Source: Eledone cirrhosa (lineage: Eukaryota). From it: 64,000 nucleotides of DNA. Below the pieces are notes generated by a model. The model made no database searches and had not been told where the DNA came from. It saw only the letters and a program-made list of their open reading frames with translations. How positions within the stretch are numbered: the first letter of the stretch is position 1; every line of letters begins with the position of its first letter. The translations under genes and the position numbers were made by a program. Of this stretch, positions 49,398 through 62,328 are shown piece by piece. The stretch lies in assembly GCA_964016885.1 (NCBI GenBank), contig OZ024740.1, positions 134,912,001 through 134,976,000 of the forward strand, given 5' to 3'.

Positions 49398-49837
49398 TTA
49401 AATGGTGATGATGAAGTACTTGAGGTGAAACGGATTCAACAAAAATTGAAACCATTTCAACTTACTATGTATCCTTTAATGCTACTTATTCCAGGCTCTT
49501 AACATAATTAGTATGTACCAAAGTGCTAGTTTAAATTCTTTTCTGAGAAAATGACTCCACTTTATTATTTTTTATATTATGGAATTGTGAATAATAGCAT
49601 CATTGATTGTACTTTGCCAATGAGCCAGTCAGTTACTGATTCACTATATGAAGATGTATTTCCAATGGTGAGAGAAATAAGGTTGTGTTTACATAACTCA
49701 GGTTTGAAACCATTTTTTTCTTTACTCTTTCTTTACCATAATTCTAATGAAAGACACTGCTTATGGTTTTTAATTAATTTTGAAAATAATATATTTGGAA
49801 AGATTGAATAATATAGCTTACTTTATTATTATTAAGC

Positions 49838-50047
49838 TGGGAGGGCAGTGGATTGTCAGAATCGGTAGAGCGTCGGACAAAATGCTTTGCAGTATTTAGC
49901 TATATCCCTTTACGTTCTGTGTTCAAATCCCGCCGAGGCTAGCTTTGCCTTTCATCCTTGTGGGATGAATAATGCACTGGGGTCGATTTAATCGACTTTT
50001 CACTCCCCAAAATTGTTGGCCTTGTGCCTAAAGTAGAAATCATTATG
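49838..50047 (+). mobile_element. tRNA-derived SINE (same family as the 47.8-49.1 kb array)
   Basis: A box, B box GTTCAAATCC, ctttgcctttcatcctt core, ggccttgtgcctaaagtagaaatcatt end. Confidence 0.85.
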
Positions 50048-50640
50048 ATGTTTGGAACTTAAAGGTTTTTCCATAAAAATTATTATGGAAAGACTTTAGA
50101 TGAACATAAGCACTTTAGCACTGTAAAACCAGTGTTCAAACATGTTAATAGTGGTAAATATGCAAGATATTCCATGTTTTTCTGGTGTCATACCAAAAGT
50201 TTCATCTTAAGAATTTGATTTTAGTACAATCTATTATAAAAAGTTTATATTTAGATTAATCAAACAGATTAACAAAATTTAAGCTTCTAGCCATTCTAAA
50301 TATAGCAGATGGTTATAAGATGATAAATAGATGAATCCAACATTGAGTTTATTGCATAATAGAATCAAACAAAGAACTCTTTGTCTATTAGGATTGTATT
50401 TTAAAATAAATTTACAATATTCCAAATTGTATCAATTTATGTTACAATTTCACTAGTATAAGTTTTAAAATGTAATGGAAAGTGTTTCCTGTTAGGACTA
50501 TCCTTTTAATAATTGGAAGGATAAACCACTTAGTAGTTGTAGGATTGGATACTTATCAGGTGTGGTTTAAGGTTAACTACTTGTTAATTGTCAACATGTA
50601 AATATTCCTTTGTTACTTGAAGATATAACCATACCTACTT

Positions 50641-50675
<35 letters not shown>

Positions 50676-50889
50676 ATGTGTGTATATATATATATGCATG
50701 TGTCTCATTTATCCATTGTTTATATGCTAATCAGAAATTTCAGATTAGGCTATCAATAAAACGTCACCTAGCAACCAGATGTTCATGAGTTCATGTTCCA
50801 CCATGGAGCCACTATGTTGTAAAGACACTAATCTAACCATTAGCAAATAAATACCATGTTTATTTTATTATTTTATATTATTTACTCAA

Positions 50890-51640
50890 GATGGGCGAAA
50901 GTGAGGGAAGTACGTTACCTGAAATTGCTGAGCTGGTAGCATTTCAATCATGATTTTAGCAGGTTGAGAATCCCAGTACTTCAGTAGGTGTCGATTTAAT
51001 CGACTTTCCTCCTCTCCCAAAATTGCTGGCCTTGTGCCTATAGTAGAAATCATTATTATTAGCAGCAGAAGGGTGGGAGATTGGCAGAATTGGTAGGGAG
51101 TCAGATAAAATACCATTGCAGTATTTGTTCTGGCTCTTTACATTCTAAGTTCAAGTCCTGCTGAGTTATCTTTGCCTTTCATCCTTACAGGTCAATAAAA
51201 TAAAGTACCAGTAACACACTGGAGTTGATGTAATTGACTTTCTCTGTCTGTTCAAATTGTTGGCCTTGTGCCAAAAGTAGAAACAATTATTACTAGTAAC
51301 AGAGGGTGGTGGATTGTCAGTATTGTTAAAGCATCAGGAAAAATGCTTTGTAGTATTTAGTTTTGACTTTCTATGTTCTGAGTTCAAATCCTGTCCAAGT
51401 CAACTTTGCTTTTCATTCTTTGGAAGTTGATAAAATATAGGACCAGTTATGTTCTGGGGTTGATATAATCAACTTTCTCCTTTCTCAAATTGTGCCAGTG
51501 GATTAGCAGAGTTGTTAGCTTAGCAGTATTTGTTCTGGTTCTTTACACTCTGAGTTCAAATCCTGCCATGGTCAACTTTGCCTTTCATCCTTCTGGAGTC
51601 AATAAAAGTACCAGTTAAGTACTAGGGTCAATATATCTTG
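50890..51640 (+). repeat. Second head-to-tail array of diverged SINE units (~4)
   Basis: Repeated agttcaa(a/g)tcctg...ctttgc(c/t)tttcat(c/t)ctt...gtaccag...ggccttgtgcc units. Confidence 0.8.
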
Positions 51641-51704
51641 AAACTGGAGACCTCTTAGCCTCAAAAGCAGTTCAGCTATGATTACAACACTCAATGTATG
51701 TTTC

Positions 51705-51912
51705 TTCTTCTTCGCCCACTTATTACTGAGAGGGTCATGGGGGAAGAGTCCTAAAACACTCCTTCCAGTGGGTCCTGTCAGAAGTAACTGTCTCCAACTG
51801 ATCCGGCTGGATCCCCAAACATGACCAGCCATATCCAACAATCCTGCTCAGGGTCTACCCATGGGTTTCCTGCTGGTTGGTTTTGCCCATAAAATCTGCC
51901 CAGTAATTCTTT
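51705..51912 (-). mobile_element. 3' end of second RTE family with (GAA)n tail
   Basis: ttcttcttcttcgcccactt...; homologous to 9630-10150 and 61130-61810. Confidence 0.65.
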
Positions 51913-52109
51913 CCGTGTATTTTTCTTTTTTAAAAACAGCAGAATGCAATTTTAGCAGGTTGAACAACTAAATGTTTGAAAGAATTATTACTAGTAGCAG
52001 GAGCACTGTATAATTGTTTAGTTAGCTTGCAGTGCTGAGCTAAAATCTTAAGTAGTACCCCATTGATTCTGCTGCTTTATATAACATAACTTAATGGATA
52101 GTGTAAATA

Positions 52110-52242
52110 TCAGGTTGTAACAAAAGTTCTTCCCCCTATTTTAAGGATCAATAAGACAATAAAAAAAATCTGAAGTTAGACACCTTTAAATCTAACTCAA
52201 GATTTACTTTAAAAAATGGACAGAACTTCCGTTACAACCTGA
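52110..52242. mobile_element. Mariner-type MITE
   Basis: TA|TCAGGTTGTAACAAAAGTTCT...AGAACTTCCGTTACAACCTGA|TA. Confidence 0.85.
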
Positions 52243-52989
52243 TAAAAAAGTGCTGGTTGTCTTCTCTCTCTTTTTTTTTTTTTTTTTTAATAGCAAGAAA
52301 CTAGTTTCGATGATAGGCGTTCAAGTTGTTTGGTAAAAAAAAATAGCCTACTTATAAATTTAACATCTAACTGAGTCAGACCTACCAACCTCTAAAAACC
52401 CAAACGGGCAGTACCACGAAAAAAAGTGCCCCAAAACAGGGAGAAATGAAGCAAAATGGGGAGATTTTACATAATGAAAGATAAATCCATTTTCACAAGA
52501 GAAGACATCTCTCACCCGCCCCAAAGTGGGTAGATCTCCCTGTTGGACAGGAGCGTTGACACGTTTGCTGAGTGTTTCATTGACATATGTACCCTTAATA
52601 TAATTCTAAGTATGTGACAAAGCTGGCCCATTGAATTACAGATATATTTCATCTGATGAGTTCCTAAACAGTTTCCATCTAGTGAATTTCAATCACAAGA
52701 TGCCATGCAGTGAGACAACTTGGGAACCTTGTGATTATGAAGCAAACGTCTCAGTCATGACTGTATCATTGGGATAATTGACAACTAAAGAATTTTGAAG
52801 CATCTGCTTTAGGAAATTTAGAAGCATTTTATTAGTTTTTGTGAAATAGGTAGTATTTCTTTCAAAAATATTTTTAGTTCAAGGTTTCAGAATTCTTTCC
52901 CATCAACTTATAATGGATAAGTAACAAATAGTTTATGTTGAGAAATAATTTGAAGTCTTCCCAGCCTCAATATATAAAACTGTAAACCT

Positions 52990-53390
52990 GATAGGGTTTG
53001 AACATCTTTTAGATAAAATATTTGAAGGCTAAGATCTTTGATACTTACATCCTTCCAGTTGTGTTATATGTTATGTCTGGCAAGCAGCTCAGCGACCGTA
53101 TCTGTATCAGTGAGCTGCTCAACATTACCAAACTTAGACCAATTACATCAATTGTCAAGCCAAGAGTACTCAAATTATACGGCCATATAAAAAGATCAAC
53201 TCGTGGTGTGAGTCGTTGGCTGGTAAGAGAAGCAGAGGCCGGCAGCCAAAACGATGGCCTGACAATCTCAAATTATGAACTGGTGTCGATGTTTGCTCTT
53301 TGAACTCTGTTGCTGGTGATCAAACTTTGTGGAGAGAGATATCACGTTAATGTGCAGTCTGCAACTGGCGGAGTTTAGCGTCACAAGAGA
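52990..53390 (+). mobile_element. Decayed RTE-like LINE 3' fragment (third family)
   Basis: KAKIFDTYILPVVLY, LKLYGHIKRS and, after a frameshift, GKRSRGRQPKRW. Confidence 0.6.
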
Positions 53391-54129
53391 TGGAATGTAA
53401 TTAGATTAAACTAAAAACCAAATGAACCATACAACTCTAAAATATGATATATCAGCAGTATCGGAGTCGATAAAATATAGCACCAGTAATGAACTAGGGT
53501 AATTACTGGCCTTGTGTCAAAAGTAGAAACAATTATTTGAATATATTTTACGACTGACACAAATTCGATATCAAACGGCCTGAAAAAAGGTAAAATATCC
53601 CATAATACATTTTGTACATACACAAATTCACCAAAAGCCCTATCTATAGAAACGGAAACACGCAAAAAAAAACAAAAAAACGAAGCACTAAAACTTTTCA
53701 CTTTCTCGCCTTGAACTTTAAATGACCTGTTTGTCGCCTCCATCATCTGACTATTACTACTCCACAACTCTTTACTCCCACTCACGACGACCAAATATTG
53801 CGATAGAAGACGTTGATACCGCTTGAAAAGAATCTCTTTAATAAATAAATAAATAAATATTCCGTTTGCGGGGTTAGGTCAAACCACCATTCAGACGATG
53901 ATCTCTCATTCGTTGGTTAATTCTCTTTCTCTTCCGTTTTAATTTATTTTTTTATTTTTGTTCCATTTAAACATCATAAACACCAGGCGAATGTTCTATC
54001 AATGGATATGATAAATAAACGAAAATGTAAGAAAATGATTCAAATAAAACCATTGACTGCGATGATGCCGACAACGGGGGGGGGTTATAACAACAACTGA
54101 CACGTCCACATCGTGGTCACCAATGGTAA

Positions 54130-54320
54130 ATAATTATTTCTACTTTTGGCACAAGGCCAGCAATAATACAGTGCATTACTGGTACTTTATTTTATCGACC
54201 CCCGTAAGGATGAAAGGCAAAGTTAACCTCGGCGTGATTTAAACTCAGACCATAAAGAGACATAACACTTTTTTGCTGCAAAGCATGGCGTCCGACCCTC
54301 TACTGATACTACCAATCCTT
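54130..54320 (-). mobile_element. tRNA-derived SINE
   Basis: Reverse complement of the 204-bp array unit. Confidence 0.85.
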
Positions 54321-54852
54321 CGCGTGCTATCAATTAAACTTACATCCTATTATGGTACAAAGGACATTTTACTCCGGAAAAGAGACCCTCGGACCCCCCC
54401 CCCCCCCCTCTTCCCGACTCCCACTACACAGTTTTCTTTACCATTTGTTTCCCCGTGCTACCAACAAATCTTCAAATCAAATCTTACCTCCGAAATTGCT
54501 GCAAAGGACTTCTTCCCCGGAAAATAGAGGAGGAAGGTGGGACCCTCGAACCTGCCTGCTCCTTCCCTTGAGTTTCTTAACCTCCCGATCCTAATGCTAA
54601 CCTCGGAGTAGGTGGAGAGAAAAGTCCGAGGGTATATCCCTCTCCGTTTTCCGGGGATAAGATTAGTTGGTAGGTGGTTACCACATGGGATCCTACATGT
54701 CAGAAAGCGCCCCCACCACCACCGTACCGTCTGGGCCTGTATCTAGAGGTAGCGATGTTTGCGCACACTTTTTGGGATTTAAGGTGTGACAAAATTATCA
54801 AACAAATATATATTAATCGGGTATATTTATAACCAGCATGAGACTTTATTTA

Positions 54853-55293
54853 CCGTACATACTCGTTTACAAGCCGAGAAATGTGTGACTTTTAAAAAAA
54901 AATCGATGGTAAACCAGGGTTGACTTATATGCAAGATCAATATTTTGCCGATTTTCGTTAACTTCAAACTTCTACGCTAAAATATTTTCGTTTTGGAAGT
55001 GAATATTATATTGGTTTCACTTTTGATGCGTTGAATGTATATGATCTTCAAAACGTCGGAAATTGGTCAAAAATCGTTATTTAAAGTTCTGAAACAAAAA
55101 CTATACTCTAAACGACACTTAAATCATTTTAAATATCAAAGTATTAAAACTTCATAAATTTATATTCTCTGCTCATGAGAATTTCAAAACTGCACAATCT
55201 AAACATTATGTGTTGATTAGAGGCCTCAACTTAGGATTTCTACCCATTTCTCAGACATAAAATAGGGTCGGGTTATATTCAAGTTATACATTA
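54853..55293. mobile_element. Tc2/pogo-like MITE
   Basis: TA|CCGTACATACTCGTTTACAAGCCG left end, ggttatattcaagt right end; related to the 10693 and 28774 copies. Confidence 0.65.
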
Positions 55294-56119
55294 CTTCAGG
55301 GGCTGTGGAAGCATTTCTGAATAAGGTGGGGGTGGGAAGAGCACATTTGGCCAATTTAGTTGTAGTGATTACAACTAGCTGTTATCAAATATCAACCAAG
55401 ATAAAAAAAAAATGTGATGCAATAAACAACATTGTAGCACATATACAAATAGATGTGTGTTTTGGTAGTTTGGAGAGAAAAATATAATTTTTGTGAAGGC
55501 CAGTGTACTTATGTGCTGTATCTTTAATATTCCTTTTTACTATTCCATATGTTGTTTATTCCATAAAGTTTAAATGTTCTTCCAAAGTTAGATACACTTC
55601 CGAATTATTGTGAAACTCTCTTATATGACATGATAAAGATTTATAGAAATGCTATGTGGTTTCTTCGATCAATAATCAGTTAAGTTATTTTTTCTATTTT
55701 TTCTTCATATTCCATTCTCTGATATCATCATCATTGATATTACAACTGTTTTTCCATGCCCGCGTGGGTTGAATGAGTCCTTTACAGCACAGCATCTGTC
55801 CACTCACCACATTCCTTCATCATCTCCTTTCTGTTAAAGTTTTCTTTCTCAACTATATTTTTGTAATTATATATATCATTTTCCTTTTTATGTGGTTTAT
55901 TTTAAAGTGTTAATATTCATCTAAAAACTTCCCATCATAACTTTTATGTAAGAACCTTTAAGTTATGTTCCAAACACCAGCTTAATCATGAGAAAATTAG
56001 TTACATTACTTAATCTGTCCAAATCCTTGAATATTTTCAAAATGATTTAAAAATTATAGACAATGCCTATCACTAGAAATATTGTAACAAAAGGATTAAA
56101 CTACAAAAATACTGCTTAA

Positions 56120-56288
56120 CCCTGCAACATTTAAACTGGCCGTATCCAGCCAGTATTCTTTCACCTCTTTTTGTTCAAAATGGCCGCCCGGGCTGATTGT
56201 TCTCAAAATAAATAATACCAAAATCTCATAGATTCGATATTAAGTGAGGGAAATCATTTACCATGAAAATATAATAGTATGTATATAT
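56120..56288 (+). mobile_element. piggyBac-derived MITE lacking its right end, adjacent to a LINE tail
   Basis: TTAA|CCCTGCAACATTTAAAC...; colinear with 33799-34006 until the LINE 3' tail. Confidence 0.7.
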
Positions 56289-58756
56289 ATCATTATCATC
56301 ATCATTTTACGTCCGCTTTTCCCTGCTTGCAAGGGTGGGACGGGTCTTATTCAGCACAGCATCTCTCTACTTGTCACAGTCCTTCGTCATCTCCACCGTG
56401 AGCTTCAGCGATCTGAGGTCTGTTCTCACCACCTCCGCCCATGTTTTTCGTGGTCTACCTTTACCACGTCTTCCTTCAACTGGCATTTCCTGGCACTTCT
56501 TCACCCATCAGTCATCCTCCATGCGCATCACATGTCCATACCACCTCAGTCTCCTCTCTCGCACACTACAATCTATCCTTCTCAGACACAGTTTCTCTCT
56601 CAACACATTCATGCTGCATCGTTCACGCACATTGACATTGCACAGCCAACGGAGCATGCTTGCCTCATTTCTCTCCAGCCGTCGCATATCCTCTGCAGTT
56701 GCTGCCCATGTCTCACTACCATGCAGCATCGCGCTCCTCACACAGGCATCATATAACCGGCCTTTCGTATGCATGGAGAAACCCTTCTTCGTCAGCAGAG
56801 CCCTAAACTTCTTCCAACCTGTCTTTATTCTAGATACTATGGCCTCGGACCCCCCCCCCCCCCCCCTCATGCTAATCTGATCTCCTAGGTACCGAAGCTA
56901 TCCACCACTTCTATAGCACCCGCTTGCATTTGAAAAATGTGTCTATCAATGCGACTACTACTGTCTAATTTCCCTGTACATCTACTGCATACGTATTTCT
57001 CACTACCTATTAGTTTGCCTGCTATCCCACTACATCTCTTGTGTACTCAGGATCTGCATTGTGTGCATTTTATAGAATTTATGCCAGTTCCTTTTCTGCA
57101 TATCGAACATGGCCAATTCCCTGACGGAATCAGAGTTTTGTCCTCATTTCTACTCATCAACACTTTTGTCTTAGCTAGGAGCTAGGTTCACTCTCAGTCA
57201 TCTTGCTTCCAACTGCTGTTTCCATAGCCACAATTTATTCTCTAGCTCCTCTACTGATTCTGCTATAAGAACCAGATCGTCAGCATAGAGAAGTTCCCAT
57301 GGACAGCGAGTCTTAAACTCCTCTGTTATGGCTTGGAGGACTATAATGAACAAGAGTGGGCTGAGGACCAAACCTTGATGTACTCCTACTTGTATCTGGA
57401 ATTCCTCACTAAACTGCATTCCTACCCTGACTTTACTGACAGTACCTCTGTACAAAGTTTGCAGTCCTCACAAGCCATTCCTCAACACCTAGGTTCCTTA
57501 GGGACCACCAGATGACAGATCGGGGTACCCTATCAAAGACCTTCTCTAGGTCAACAAAGGCTAAGTATAGTGGCTTACTTTTCTCTAAGAACCTCTCACC
57601 AAGAAGAGAGCATCTGTTGTACTCTTCCCAGGCACAAAACCAAATTGCATCTCATCTAGTTTGACCCTTTCTCTAATTAGTTGTGCTAATATCGTTTCTG
57701 CCACTTTCATAACCTCATCCATCAGTTTTATACCCCTATAATTGCTCCTCTCCAGAGCATCCCTTTACCTTTGTAGCAATTTATGAGAATACTGCTACAC
57801 CAGTCTTTGGGTATGACACCACCATATATAGCCTGATTGATGATGCGTGCAACCAGTTTAGTGCCTACGTCCCCTGATGCCTTCAGCATCTCAGCAACTA
57901 TCCCCGATGGTCCAGCAGCCTTACCATTTTTTATTTCCTTAATCGCCTCTTGGACCCTATATTCGTCAATCTCAATAGCTGGTCCCTCTGTCGGATCTAC
58001 TGAGGGTAATTTCTCTCTCTCCCATTCGTTCTCCACATTCATCAGTCTATCATAATGACATTTCCAGGCCTCCTTTTTCTGATCATTCATGACACTAAGT
58101 ACACCGGCATCATTCCGGACATTCCAACGACATCCTGATTTGTATTGACACTGCCTTGCAATGTGGAACACCGCACGCCTCTGATCTTCCTGTCGCAGAA
58201 CATTGATAAACCTCCTACTCTCAGCCTCCCTGCGTGCTAAGTACACCCGACGTCTAGCTTCTCTCTTAGCGGCTGTATATCCTTCTCTACTCCCACCCTT
58301 TTTCCAAGCCTTCCATGCTAGTCTTTTGTCTCTAATGGCCTTATCTACTGTGCTGTTCCACCACCAGGTCACTCTCTGTCTGGTTGGAGCTCTGCTCCAG
58401 CCATAAGTTTCATCAGTAGCCTGCAGTAAGTTGTCACGTAAGAAATTCCAGTTATTATCTATGTCATACGTCTCTAAATCGTCTTCTTTTTCGCCATACA
58501 CATCTTGAAGGGCTTTCCTAAATTTGTATTTTAATGAAAGGTCTTTTAGCTTCCAGACCTTTCTTCTCCACCCCTTCCTGTATATCTCATTCCATCTCTT
58601 GTTTACTGAGATATCACTAACAACTAACCTATGCTGTCGGGTATGCCTTGGTATTAGACACCATCTGCCTGTCCCGCTGCCTAACTAGTAAGAAGTCAAT
58701 CTGGCTTATGTGCTCGCCTGATTTGTAGGTTATTAGGTGGTTGGCAGGTTTCTGGA
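56289..58756 (-). mobile_element. RTE-clade LINE, 5'-truncated, same family as 15560-18567
   Basis: Minus-strand ORF pieces TWWWN...GKAAGPSG, GVHQG.VLSPLLF...LLYADD, KGRLYDACVRSAMLHGSETW; identical 3' end cccttgcaagcagggaaaagcggacgtaaaatgatgatgat. Confidence 0.95.
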
Positions 58757-58868
58757 TAGAGAGAGAGAGAAATATTTAACATTTCGGCTGTTGAATAGCA
58801 TTAGTAAGATTTTTTTTTTTACAAAGGAAACTTTCCTGTTTCCAGATCAAATGTTTTAATTGTCAAAA

Positions 58869-58870
<2 letters not shown>

Positions 58871-58911
<41 letters not shown>
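58871..58911 (+). repeat. Poly(A) tract (~41 nt)
   Basis: Direct reading. Confidence 0.9.
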
Positions 58912-58915
<4 letters not shown>

Positions 58916-59718
58916 CTCAATTAGATAATATAGATTTGAAGAAAGCACTTAAAAAAATTTCATTATGTTCTTAAGAGTATCAGAAATATAACAAAAAATC
59001 ATGTTTAGTTAATAATTTTGATGACTTGAAATCTGTTGAAAAATAGAAATCATTGTTTTAATGATGGTTTCATGTCCATGCTGACATGTTAGGTTTGCAA
59101 ACACAATCTATATGTTGCCATTCCTCTCATCACTTCTTTCTGTTTTTATTTGATATCAGTACTTTCTACTACAACCAACACATAATACCATTACATGTCT
59201 ATATGTCTATAACCATTACATGTCTATATGTCTATAGTTGTTTTTCCTGTAAACATTGTGCCCTACCATTCTCTCAGTTCACATCTGCTTCACCCTCTAT
59301 AGAAGTTAATTTTGCATAGTGAACAATTAAGTCAATTTTACTTAAAATTACTAAAAAAAAAAAAAAAGTTTATAATTGCTTTGGGGAAGCTGGTACAATG
59401 CAAATTAGAAATACAAGGGTGAAAACTAGAGTGTAGTATAGTTTAAACTGTTATCTTATACTTCACATTTCAAGGTTAGGACCTTCTTTTCTCAAAAGAA
59501 AAGAAGTGGAGTGTGGTGTTGACAATAAGTAGTGCCCTACAGTAGCTCATTATCAACAGCACTGAAACATTTCATGAAATATAAAGTAACGGTTTAAATT
59601 GTTTTGTTTTTCTTATTTTGATAATGGTGATGATTAGTTTTCACACTTATCTTTCTAATTTGTGTTGTGTCAGCTTTCCCAAAACATAACCACATATCCC
59701 ACAATGTTTCATACAAAC

Positions 59719-60138
59719 CAGAGGTTTTCAAACCTTTTTGGCCACCGCTCCCCATCACGGCCATGTCATATCCTCAGTGCCCACCAACCCTATTTCCAGA
59801 GAGACCTGCCTACATGCAAATTGTAAATATGAAATAAATTAAATCATTAATTTATATAAAATAAATAATTGTTTCTACTTTTGGCACAAGGCCAGCAATT
59901 ACTCAGTATATTACTGGTACTTTATTTTATTGACCCCGTAAAGATGAAAGGCAAAGTTAACCTCAGCACAATTTGAACTCAGAATGGCAAGGGGTGTAAC
60001 TATTTATATATATGTAACATTTTTATTTAATATTTTACTATATCATCTCTACCTTCCCCCCACCATCCCCTGGACCTTCTCGACGACCACCAGGGGACGG
60101 GGGTGGGTGGGGTGTAGCGTCTACATCGAGAACCTCTG
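59719..60138. mobile_element. hAT-type MITE containing a nested SINE fragment (~59866-60000, minus strand)
   Basis: TIR CAGAGGTTTTC / GAGAACCTCTG; imperfect 8-bp TSD ATACAAAC / ATGTAAAC. Confidence 0.75.
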
Positions 60139-61129
60139 ATGTAAACTAATCTACTTTGTAAAAGAATATAAATTAACACCACAAACCAATTAACTTTATA
60201 ATTCATGTTTAATAGTTTACTATTTGTCAAAATAACATAATGAAATTAGTCAGACAATGGATTTTAAAAATAGACTTGAAATAAAAAATTATAATATACG
60301 GCTCGGAAAAATCTCTTTCCTTGAGCTATTTTATTGTAAGAGACTATTTTGAGTTTCTAACTCAATATATACCTTTGAGATTATATATATGTATGTATTT
60401 ATCTTGATTCATATACATGATAATCCATTTGGAACCAAAGGTTTCATGAACTAACAAGCTTGCAAGCTATGGTTATTAGTCATATCAGGTACATGTCCAC
60501 TTTGTGTTAGATGGAACCTTTGAGACAGTGTTTTAAAGATATATATATATCAAATATATATACTTTACATGCATATATATTTGATATGTTTATGGTGAAG
60601 GAAAAGAATAGCTTTGGTATTTTTCTCCCCTAACAAGTTTGCTAGAAAGACTATTATTAATTTATTCATTCATTTGGATTAGCTTCAGTTAAATATAGAC
60701 TGAATATAAACATTTTACTGCAGGATTCAGTCAACAGTAGTCACAGTAGTCAGTATTGATTGGTTGGTATACAATGTTTCCAAACAAACAATCATTGGAA
60801 CCCATGATTTGATATCACATTTCACTATTTCCAAACCCTGCTTATTTCATTTCAAATCTGGCAAAGCATCAACAATGATTTCTTCATAAATCCTCGTAAA
60901 AAGATAGACAGATATTGATTGTTGATGAAAATTCTAAATTAATGCACATTAATATGGAATTGAACCATTTATGTTAATAAATAAAAATATTGTGTGTGTC
61001 TGGTGTGTGTATGTATATATAAATATAGATGTTAAATGATGATGAAATTGGATGAATGAATGAGACATAGAAAGTGTAACTCAGAGTTTCAATCAACCTA
61101 AGATGTATATTATATATATATATATGTAT

Positions 61130-61810
61130 ATCTTCAACCACTTATTTCTGATAGGATCATGGGAGCAGAGTCCTCAAACACTTCTTCCAGCAGGTCCTGT
61201 TAGAAGCAATTGTTTCCAACTAACCCAGCTGGATCCCCAAGCGAAGTTAGCTGAGCTCATGGATATTATCCAACCATCTTGCTCAGGGTCTACCCTGGGT
61301 GTCCAACCAGTTGGTTTTGCCCATAAAACCTGTCCAGTGTTTCTTTCCCCAAGACATTCTAACCACATGCTGTACTGGAGCTGTGATCTCTCAATTCAGA
61401 GAAATAGTGGCTTTACCTGGAGTGACTCTCTGATCTTCGAGATATGCACTATATCAAGTAATGTTACGGAGAAACTCCATTTTGGCCGTTTGTATTCGCG
61501 ATTGCATTCTTTCAGTCATTTACCCAAGATTCATGACCATAAGTAAGGGTTAGCACGAATACTAAATTGAAGATAGCGAGTTTAGTTTTTACGCCTACCT
61601 CCTTTCTTTTGATTATTGAATCCTGAAGCTCCTGCAATTCTTGCACTTAATTCAGCCTCCTCCCTTCCATCACTCGTGAACACGGCCCAGAGACACTTGA
61701 ACTTCTCCAGCTGCTTCAGTAGAACTCCATTCACATGTAGAATGCATTGCACAGGCTCTCTTGAAAGGACTAGTGTCTGTTTTCACACACTGATTTTCAT
61801 TCCAGCTATG
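61130..61810 (-). mobile_element. 3' fragment of second RTE family
   Basis: Minus ORF piece QVLWAKPTGWTPR resembles the RTE C-terminal region; homologous to 9630-10150. Confidence 0.7.
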
Positions 61811-61886
61811 CAGCAGACAACATGGTATTACTTAAGTCGACAGAGAGTGATCTCTAACTCGCACTTGATAGGTTTGACGCCGAGTG

Positions 61887-61922
<36 letters not shown>

Positions 61923-62140
61923 AGGATGATGAATTGAAATGAAATAAAATAATTTTGTACTATTCAAACAACAAATGTCATTTATGTGAACAAAAAACTT
62001 TAAATTAGGTTATGAAACAATAAGGAATAACTAAACTATTTTCTAACAACTTTTTAAAACAAAAAGTAGTTTTCTTTATGAAATTGCTATCATATATAAA
62101 AAGGAAAGTTTATTAAATTGATCTAAACATTTAGCAGTAG

Positions 62141-62328
62141 CTAATCTTCATGATTTTTCTTCCAGAACTTTTGTATCAGATTAATGGCAACACCAATTGT
62201 GAGAGCACCAACAACCATTCCTTGAGCTTTTACTCTTAAATGCATTAGGTATACAGAAGTAGACATGGATCCACGGTTTTTGTAGTTGTAAACTCCATAT
62301 CCCACAGCTGCAATACAGCCAGCAATAC
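62141..62328 (-). CDS. HIGD1: HIG1 domain family member 1-like (mitochondrial inner membrane, complex IV-associated), last coding exon
   Basis: Minus strand ttttttacAG|GT ATT...; GIAGCIAAVGYGVYNYKNRGSMSTSVYLMHLRVKAQGMVVGALTIGVAINLIQKFWKKNHED*, with the HIG1 signature (H)LRV(K)AQG and two hydrophobic segments. AATAAA on the minus strand at 62109-62114. Upstream exon(s) not located; not in the ORF track. Confidence 0.9.

Noticed and set aside
52653-52680. Second CTGATGAG hammerhead core
   Set aside because: No correctly placed GAAA or flanking stems found.
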